From an uncultured Muribaculaceae bacterium (GTDB lineage: Bacteria; Bacteroidota; Bacteroidia; Bacteroidales; Muribaculaceae), in assembly GCA_910577315.1 (NCBI GenBank), contig CAJTME010000004.1:105732-169731 (forward strand): 64,000 bases of DNA. The letters are read 5' to 3'. Shown here piece by piece: positions 57,789 to 64,000 of this stretch. Position numbers and translations under genes: made by a program. Under the pieces are notes generated by a model. The model had not been told where the DNA came from and searched no databases. It saw only the letters and a program-made list of their open reading frames with translations. Each line of letters begins with the position of its first letter. Within the stretch, counting starts at the first letter, position 1.

Positions 57789-58847
57789 TCAGCGCCCGTT
57801 GGCCTGCCTCCATTGCTCATACTTTGGGAACAGGCTTGCGGGCGCTCCTGAATACCAGGCATAACCGTCGCGCCGCTCACGGCCGATTTCATCAAGCGAA
57901 CGTTTGGGAATTCCGTCGCGGTCACATACAAACGGCCTGCACTCGACAAGGTCGTAATACCTGGCCCACGTTGTCGCCGACGGATCTGCCATGAGCCGTG
58001 TGCCCTGCGGTCCGCGGCGCACATAGCGGAATCCGTCAATACGGTTGCGGTCAAACCATTTCATCGCGCCCTCGACTGCACGGCAAATGCGCTCGTCAGG
58101 ATTAGGAATATCCATCAGCAACCACACGAGCGTCATGCTCTCGGTGGAGCAGAACGACGGCAGTTCATAAGCCCTGGCCGATGCGGGTGCAAGTGTTTCG
58201 CTGTCGTGTTGCTGACACCATACGGTTGGCTCACCGTCCACCACAATCTGCGTGGCAAGAATACATTCCACACCTCTGCGGAAAGCATTGTCAAGCCGTT
58301 CACGCATTTTTTCATCCACAATCCCCGGCGCATCATACGGAGCTTTTCCGTCACGCAAATCGCGGATGAGGGATAGCGTATTGGCCATGGCATCGTCATT
58401 ATAAGTAATGTGTACCTGATAGCCCTTTGGATTGGGCCAGAACTGTGGCCAGCCACCATTGTCGTACTGACCCGAGAGCAGATACTCCACTCCTTTAATG
58501 AAGGCCTCGCGCCACAATTCCGAACGTGTGGCCGCATACAGGCGGGCCAAAAATTTCATCTGGGCCGTCGTGGCTCCGTTGTCGGTCGTCGAGTCGGTCG
58601 TGCGTGGCTTCAAGGCCACCACCGAGTCGAGTTGGGCCGGAGTCAAAGGCCGCCCCATGTCGATATTTTTGGGCCAACCTCCTGTAACACGTTGGTACGC
58701 CACAATCTGAGTGCCGATTCGGGCGGCCTCGTCAGTGGCGAAAAACGCCGTGTCGGTTTCATTCAATATGTTATGCCCTATGGCTTGAGTGGATATGTTG
58801 CAAAATATTGCCGCAGAAAATGCGGCCAACAAGGAATACGGTTTCAT
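57789..58847 (-). CDS. pelA: Pectate lyase, family PL10
   Basis: GGWPKN, TTDNGAT, NGGWPQF, ITYNDDAM, WCQQHD, ARAYELPS, WARYY, ERRDGYAW. Confidence 0.92.
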   Translation of the reverse strand: MKPYSLLAAFSAAIFCNISTQAIGHNILNETDTAFFATDEAARIGTQIVAYQRVTGGWPKNIDMGRPLTPAQLDSVVALKPRTTDSTTDNGATTAQMKFLARLYAATRSELWREAFIKGVEYLLSGQYDNGGWPQFWPNPKGYQVHITYNDDAMANTLSLIRDLRDGKAPYDAPGIVDEKMRERLDNAFRRGVECILATQIVVDGEPTVWCQQHDSETLAPASARAYELPSFCSTESMTLVWLLMDIPNPDERICRAVEGAMKWFDRNRIDGFRYVRRGPQGTRLMADPSATTWARYYDLVECRPFVCDRDGIPKRSLDEIGRERRDGYAWYSGAPASLFPKYEQWRQANGR

Positions 58848-58967
58848 GGCTGCAAATTTAACGATTTTTTTCACAGGATTTGGAAGTTTGGGCACTTTTT
58901 GGTAAATTCGCACAATTAAAAACCTCAACACACCTTAAAACCCTAACACTGTTCATAACCACTGATT

Positions 58968-59537
58968 ATGGCTAACGGAAAAATAATCGTAATCTCCGCC
59001 CCGTCGGGTTGCGGAAAGTCAACTATAATCAACTCCATACTCGATGCCGGAACAATCGACCTCAGTTTCTCGGTATCGGCCACTAATCGTCCTCCCCGCG
59101 CGGGTGAGGAACACGGAGTACACTACTACTTCATGTCGACCGAAGACTTCCGCGACGCGGTGGCCGCCGGTGATTTCATCGAATGGGAGGAAGTATATCC
59201 CGGGCGTTATTATGGCACCTTGCGCAGCGAGCTTGACCGCCTTGTAGGTGAAGGCCACAACGTTATTCTCGACATTGACGTCAAGGGGGCGCTCAACGTT
59301 AAGAAACTTTACGGCCAGACTGCGCTCACCATCTTTGTGGAACCGCCAAGCATTGCCGAACTGCGTCACCGTCTTGAAACCCGCGGCACGGACTCGCCCG
59401 AGCAGCTCGACACCCGCATGAGCCGCGCAGAATATGAATTGGGATTCGCTCCTGAATTTGACACCCGTGTGGTGAATGACAACCTCGAGGACGCAATAGC
59501 GGAAACAGAAGGTATTATCAACGGTTTCATCGCATGA
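58968..59537 (+). CDS. gmk: Guanylate kinase
   Basis: SAPSGCGKST, SATNRPPR, YYGT, DIDVKG. Confidence 0.96.
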   Translation: MANGKIIVISAPSGCGKSTIINSILDAGTIDLSFSVSATNRPPRAGEEHGVHYYFMSTEDFRDAVAAGDFIEWEEVYPGRYYGTLRSELDRLVGEGHNVILDIDVKGALNVKKLYGQTALTIFVEPPSIAELRHRLETRGTDSPEQLDTRMSRAEYELGFAPEFDTRVVNDNLEDAIAETEGIINGFIA

Positions 59538-60121
59538 CGACCGACGGCAAAAAAATAATCGGCATACTCGGCGGGTCGTATAACCCGGTTCACAACGGCC
59601 ACATGATGCTGGCGTCGTTTCTTGCCCAATGGGGCTATGTCGACCAGGTATGGCTCACACTGTCGCCGCGCAATCCCCTCAAGAATGCCGCCGACCTTCT
59701 GCCCGACCTAAAACGGCTGACGATGCTTAACCTGGCCCTGAAAGGTGCGAAAAAACTCGACGTGTGCGACATCGAACTCACCATGCCCGTGCCGTCTTTC
59801 ACCATCAATACCCTCGACCTTCTCGCCTCGCGCCATCCCGACAAACATTTCAAACTGATAATCGGTTCGGACAACTGGAACATCTTCGACAAATGGAAGG
59901 ACAGCCAGCGCATACTCGACGAATATGGCGTGATTGTATATCCGCGCCCCGGCTATCCTGTGGCCGACCGGCATGTCGACGGAATGGAGCTGGTGGATAG
60001 CCCGACGGTCAACATTTCAAGCACTTTTATACGCAACGCCATCGCAAAGGGCAAGAATATGGAATATTTCCTTCCCCAGGGCGTTTATAAATATATCGTT
60101 GACCATAAACTGTATATTTGA
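59534..60121 (+). CDS. nadD: Nicotinate-nucleotide adenylyltransferase
   Basis: GGSYNPVHNGH, IIGSDN, ISSTFIR. Confidence 0.95.
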   Translation: MTTDGKKIIGILGGSYNPVHNGHMMLASFLAQWGYVDQVWLTLSPRNPLKNAADLLPDLKRLTMLNLALKGAKKLDVCDIELTMPVPSFTINTLDLLASRHPDKHFKLIIGSDNWNIFDKWKDSQRILDEYGVIVYPRPGYPVADRHVDGMELVDSPTVNISSTFIRNAIAKGKNMEYFLPQGVYKYIVDHKLYI

Positions 60122-60122
60122 G

Positions 60123-60611
60123 ATGACAAACAATGCCTTGGCTTTCATAGCCCTTTGTAATGAATACTGTGCTGCGGTCGAAAACGCCGCGGCCAGTGAT
60201 GCACGCGATTTCACATCCACAATGCTGCGCTTGCTTCCGCGCCTTTATATCTGCGCCGCAGACCTTACTGACGAGGGAGCGCTCGACGAGGGATTCATTG
60301 ACCAGGCCCTCGATGAGGATTCATACGATTCGGTGCGCCGCGGCATCGAGGCAGTAATGGGCGAGGACGACACTTATCTCGAAGTGTTTGAAGATGACAT
60401 GAAATATTCCGACACTCCCATCGGTGCCAGCGTTGCGGAAAGTCTCGCCGACCTCTTTCAGGTATTCTACAACCTTCTTGAAGCCGTGCGCGATGCTCCC
60501 GACGACCTCGTGGCTTCTGCCCTTGCCGCCGTAAAGGAGGACTTCGCGGGCTACTGGGGGCAGGTGCTTTGCAACGTTATGCGGCCGCTCAACGCCATTT
60601 ATTACCGATGA
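60123..60611 (+). CDS. DUF5063-like protein
   Basis: LLPRLY, DTYLEVF..DMKYSDTP, ESLADL, YWGQ. Confidence 0.75.
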   Translation: MTNNALAFIALCNEYCAAVENAAASDARDFTSTMLRLLPRLYICAADLTDEGALDEGFIDQALDEDSYDSVRRGIEAVMGEDDTYLEVFEDDMKYSDTPIGASVAESLADLFQVFYNLLEAVRDAPDDLVASALAAVKEDFAGYWGQVLCNVMRPLNAIYYR

Positions 60612-60630
60612 ATATTCTATACCCTAACTT

Positions 60631-61926
60631 ATGAACGACTACAAAGACCTCGCGGCGTTTCTTGACGCCTCCCCAGTGAATTTCTGGGCCGTGAAGACCG
60701 TGGCCGACCACCTTGAGTCAGCCGGATTCACCGAGCTCGACATGCGCGAACGTTGGGAGCTGAAACCCGGAGGACGCCATTTCGTAATCAAAAATGGTTC
60801 GGCAATCTTTGCCTTCATCGTAGGCGCGAAGACTGCCGCCGCACCCTTCAAGATAATTTCTGCCCACAGCGATTCGCCAGGATTCAGAGTAAAGCCTAAT
60901 TGCGAGATGTTGTGCGACGGGAACATCGTTAAACTGAATACCGAGGTTTACGGCGGTCCCATACTCTACACATGGTTCGACCGTCCACTGTCGCTTGCAG
61001 GCCGTGTGATACTCCGTTCGGCTAATCCACTCGAACCAGAGAGCCGCCTTGTGAAGTTCGACCGCCATCTGCTGACTATACCGCATCTCGCCATCCATTT
61101 TAACCGTGCCGTAAACGAAGGCAATCCGCTGTCCAAGCAAAAAGACATGCTGCCGGTTATAGGCAAAGTTGCCGATGTGTCGCAGGCAAAGGGATTGGTT
61201 CATCGTCTCGTCGCCGAGAAACTCGGTGTAAAGCCTGAAGACATTCTCGATTATGACCTCTCGCTATTCGACACCACACGCGCCAGCGTGGTCGGTCTCA
61301 ACGGCGATTACATCACATCGGGACGCATCGATGATCTGTCGATGGTTCACGCAGCTCTTTCCGCGTTACTTGACACCCGGGTTTATGCCGATGACTCCAC
61401 GCGGGTAATGGCCATTTTCGACAACGAGGAAACAGGCTCGGGAACAAAGCAGGGAGCGGCTTCACCAATGCTCGATTATATCCTGCGCCGCATTGTCGCC
61501 TCGGCTCCCGGTGCGACCGATGAGGACTATATTCGCGCGGTAGCGTCCTCCTTCATGATTTCAGCCGATGATGCACATGGTGTTCATCCGAACTATCCCG
61601 AGAAGCAAGACCCCACCAACCACCCCACCCTCGGCGGTGGTCCCGTAATCAAAATAAACGCCAACTGCAAGTACATGACCGATGCCGAGTCTGCCGCAGT
61701 ATTCCGCACGCTGTGTGAGAAAGCCGGTGTCCCCTATCAGTACTTCGTCAATCACAGCGACGTGGCCGGAGGTTCTACCCTCGGCAACATACTCACTTCA
61801 CAGATACCCTTGCGCGGTGTTGACGTGGGCGCGGCCATATGGGCCATGCATTCGGTGCGCGAAACCGCTTCGCTTGCCGACCATGCCTCAATGATAGCTG
61901 CGTTCAGCGAATTTTACAAAGTTTAG
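60631..61926 (+). CDS. M18 family aminopeptidase
   Basis: AHSDSP, EVYGG, WFDRPL, RIDD, FDNEE, HGVHPN, GGSTLG, MHSVRE. Confidence 0.94.
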   Translation: MNDYKDLAAFLDASPVNFWAVKTVADHLESAGFTELDMRERWELKPGGRHFVIKNGSAIFAFIVGAKTAAAPFKIISAHSDSPGFRVKPNCEMLCDGNIVKLNTEVYGGPILYTWFDRPLSLAGRVILRSANPLEPESRLVKFDRHLLTIPHLAIHFNRAVNEGNPLSKQKDMLPVIGKVADVSQAKGLVHRLVAEKLGVKPEDILDYDLSLFDTTRASVVGLNGDYITSGRIDDLSMVHAALSALLDTRVYADDSTRVMAIFDNEETGSGTKQGAASPMLDYILRRIVASAPGATDEDYIRAVASSFMISADDAHGVHPNYPEKQDPTNHPTLGGGPVIKINANCKYMTDAESAAVFRTLCEKAGVPYQYFVNHSDVAGGSTLGNILTSQIPLRGVDVGAAIWAMHSVRETASLADHASMIAAFSEFYKV

Positions 61927-61942
61927 CGTCAATACCATTAAA

Positions 61943-61999
61943 ATAAGAAAACTGCGCTCTAAAAGTTTTTGTCTAACTTTTAGAGCGCAGTTTTCTTAT
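61943..61999. terminator. Long perfect palindrome, probable bidirectional terminator
   Basis: 25-bp arms ATAAGAAAACTGCGCTCTAAAAGTT, 7-nt loop, between convergent genes. Confidence 0.8.
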
Positions 62000-62013
62000 C
62001 ACATTATGTGGGG

Positions 62014-64000
62014 TCAATGGTGTTTCTGTCCGTTGCACCGGGGACATACTCCTGTTTGGCCACATGAAGTGCAGTCTATGTACTTTCCGTCAAGGTTAGG
62101 CATATATCGCCCTTTGCCATTACAGTGCGGGCATTTGCCTGAACCGAAACAGCCACGGCAGAGGTTGCCACCCGATTTATGGGTATGGGAGGAGGAAGCC
62201 TCATAACTGGGCGATTCCGGTTGCCAGCCGGCCACTATCGCAGCCCCCTCAAGCTCAGGCGAGCCATGCGTCTTGTCGATCATCCGCTCCCCAATCACAT
62301 ACGGCCCCACTGCAGGAACTTGACCAGACGTTGAGATATATGTCGGAGCGGCCATTACACCTGCCGCCGGGGCAGGTGTCGGATTTGAAACATAGTTTCC
62401 TGTGAGCATACCAAAGAATTGCCCGATAAAACTTGCAACAGCGGCTTGTTGTGCCGCTTCGGTAGCCTGCTGCTCTTGCATTGCCTCATAAACCACACGC
62501 TGCCGTTCATCACGCTCAGCTGCGAGCATCCGCTTTTTGTTGGTTCTATAATCTTCTTCCGCCCAATAAATCTGATTGTCCAAATCAGACTTGCGCTCTC
62601 TCAAATGCGTCAGGTAGGCCGCCATAGTATTCAGTTGCTCCTGCTTAACGGACGGCAAACTTAAAGCGGCGTGGGCGATCGCATCCTCAACTTTAAACTC
62701 AGTGCCGAAATCTATAGGATACATCCACCTCTTGTCCCTTCTGTTCATCAGGTCGCTTTCCTGAGAGTCACTGAGATTCATCGCCCGCAAGTCAGCCAAA
62801 TAATACTCTTGCCCCTCGATTAAGTTTTTAAGACCCTCTATTTCGGCACAAATCCATGGATAAAGATTTTCAGGACGCACGTCCTCGAGTTTTTTCACTT
62901 TTGTCAATTCCAAGACCTTCCACCATATTTTCTTCTCAAAACTCAGTTCAAGCTCACTCATCTCGGAATAGTCGTAGGACTTTGCCGGATCATAAAGCTC
63001 ATACTTGCCGAGTCTCGAAAGCCTTACCATGGTAAATGGCTTGTGCTCCGAGTCGTAAAACACCTTTACGTCGGCAAAGCGTGCCGGCACGGTGAATGTG
63101 GAATCAACGAGCGACACTGCGCCCATTCGGTCAAAGCCGTTTTCCCTGTCATTATATGTGTAGTATGCAATCTGGTCGGGCATGCTCAGCTTTACCTTGT
63201 AGGCCGCACCCGGCAATATCGACTTAGGAGATGTACCGGCATGGAGGAGCAGCGTCAAATCGTTGGACAGCGGAAATTGCCCTTCTGCCTCAAACACTTT
63301 ATACTCATGGAGCACTCCATTAACATCCTCGCGAACCTCTGTTTTTATCACGGAGGATTTCGGAAACTCGCTGTATACAAAATAAACGTTTCCCGGAACA
63401 GCGATGTGTGCCTTTGAATTCTTTTTTTGAAAAAAATCCAAATTGAACTGTGTGACTTTGCCATATTTTGCGTACTCCGGGGTATTTTCAACTCCCAAGA
63501 ATCGAGGCGAGAGTTCGGGATGGTAAAACGAGAGACCAGTGGTGGCATCAGTAGTGTAGCCCGCCTGTTCTGCCAGACGAAACTCAATGTTTTCTGACAT
63601 TAGAAGCCTCTCACCTTCGAGCGTATAAACATAGCCGGGATAATTTGGCCCTTGAGGTATAAAGACATACTCCCGGTCGCCAAAAGTGCGGATTTCAGTT
63701 GACGGATCAAAAGTGGTTGTGCCCGTATATGTCGCCCACGTTTTTTCGTCTATCTTGAAAAATTGCTGGCCTTTGCGCTCAGTAAGCTCAAGATATGGTT
63801 GGAAATGAATCCACGTCCCGTTCGCGAAGTATGGCTGTTCCGAATCAACGGGCATCAGCGTGTATTCTTTATATATGCTGTATATCACATAGTATGTCTT
63901 GCCATCGGCCCACGTTTCGATCGCCACGTCCTTGACGTCATCGTATGTGTTTTTTATGAGTTTGAGCTTTTCTTTCTGTTCCTTTTCCATTTTCAACTCG
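62014..64000 (-). CDS. Hypothetical protein with coiled coil and C-terminal DnaJ-type Cys-rich zinc finger (probably 5'-partial)
   Basis: Frame open to window edge; CRGCFGSGKCPHCNGKG...CTSCGQTGVCPRCNG at C-terminus. Confidence 0.75.
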   Translation of the reverse strand, partial: ELKMEKEQKEKLKLIKNTYDDVKDVAIETWADGKTYYVIYSIYKEYTLMPVDSEQPYFANGTWIHFQPYLELTERKGQQFFKIDEKTWATYTGTTTFDPSTEIRTFGDREYVFIPQGPNYPGYVYTLEGERLLMSENIEFRLAEQAGYTTDATTGLSFYHPELSPRFLGVENTPEYAKYGKVTQFNLDFFQKKNSKAHIAVPGNVYFVYSEFPKSSVIKTEVREDVNGVLHEYKVFEAEGQFPLSNDLTLLLHAGTSPKSILPGAAYKVKLSMPDQIAYYTYNDRENGFDRMGAVSLVDSTFTVPARFADVKVFYDSEHKPFTMVRLSRLGKYELYDPAKSYDYSEMSELELSFEKKIWWKVLELTKVKKLEDVRPENLYPWICAEIEGLKNLIEGQEYYLADLRAMNLSDSQESDLMNRRDKRWMYPIDFGTEFKVEDAIAHAALSLPSVKQEQLNTMAAYLTHLRERKSDLDNQIYWAEEDYRTNKKRMLAAERDERQRVVYEAMQEQQATEAAQQAAVASFIGQFFGMLTGNYVSNPTPAPAAGVMAAPTYISTSGQVPAVGPYVIGERMIDKTHGSPELEGAAIVAGWQPESPSYEASSSHTHKSGGNLCRGCFGSGKCPHCNGKGRYMPNLDGKYIDCTSCGQTGVCPRCNGQKHH

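Overview
This is a 64 kb chromosomal window from a Bacteroidales bacterium, inferred from TAnnTTTG/TTTG promoters, AT-rich starts without Shine-Dalgarno sites, a T9SS cargo protein and gene content; Muribaculaceae is only a guess. Most of it is housekeeping: uvrA 3' end, glutamine synthetase III-purF, malQ, pcrA/uvrD-nspC-GT2-radC, nrdJ, rpsF-rpsR-rplI, AddB-like nuclease-hemW, methylmalonyl-CoA mutase, ruvC, aguAB, crp/fnr, menDBCE, Omp85-eptA, nrdDG, tRNA-Ile2(CAU), gmk-nadD and an M18 peptidase. I found no CRISPR array, intact transposase, integrase or prophage. The best candidate for an undescribed system is a stand-alone 1358-aa protein (34930-39006). It has an intact Schlafen/AlbA_2 RNase motif set, preceded by putative OB/S1-like repeats and a helical core, and followed by a putative beta-pinwheel-like tail. 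Other leads are a ~265-nt glnA leader with mutually exclusive helices and a uORF, an immunity-like TPR protein, an AT-rich islet with an unannotated beta-barrel remnant, two possible integrase arm-site relics, a repeat array upstream of nrdD and a structured rpsF leader. All family assignments come from motif recognition by eye; no searches were run.
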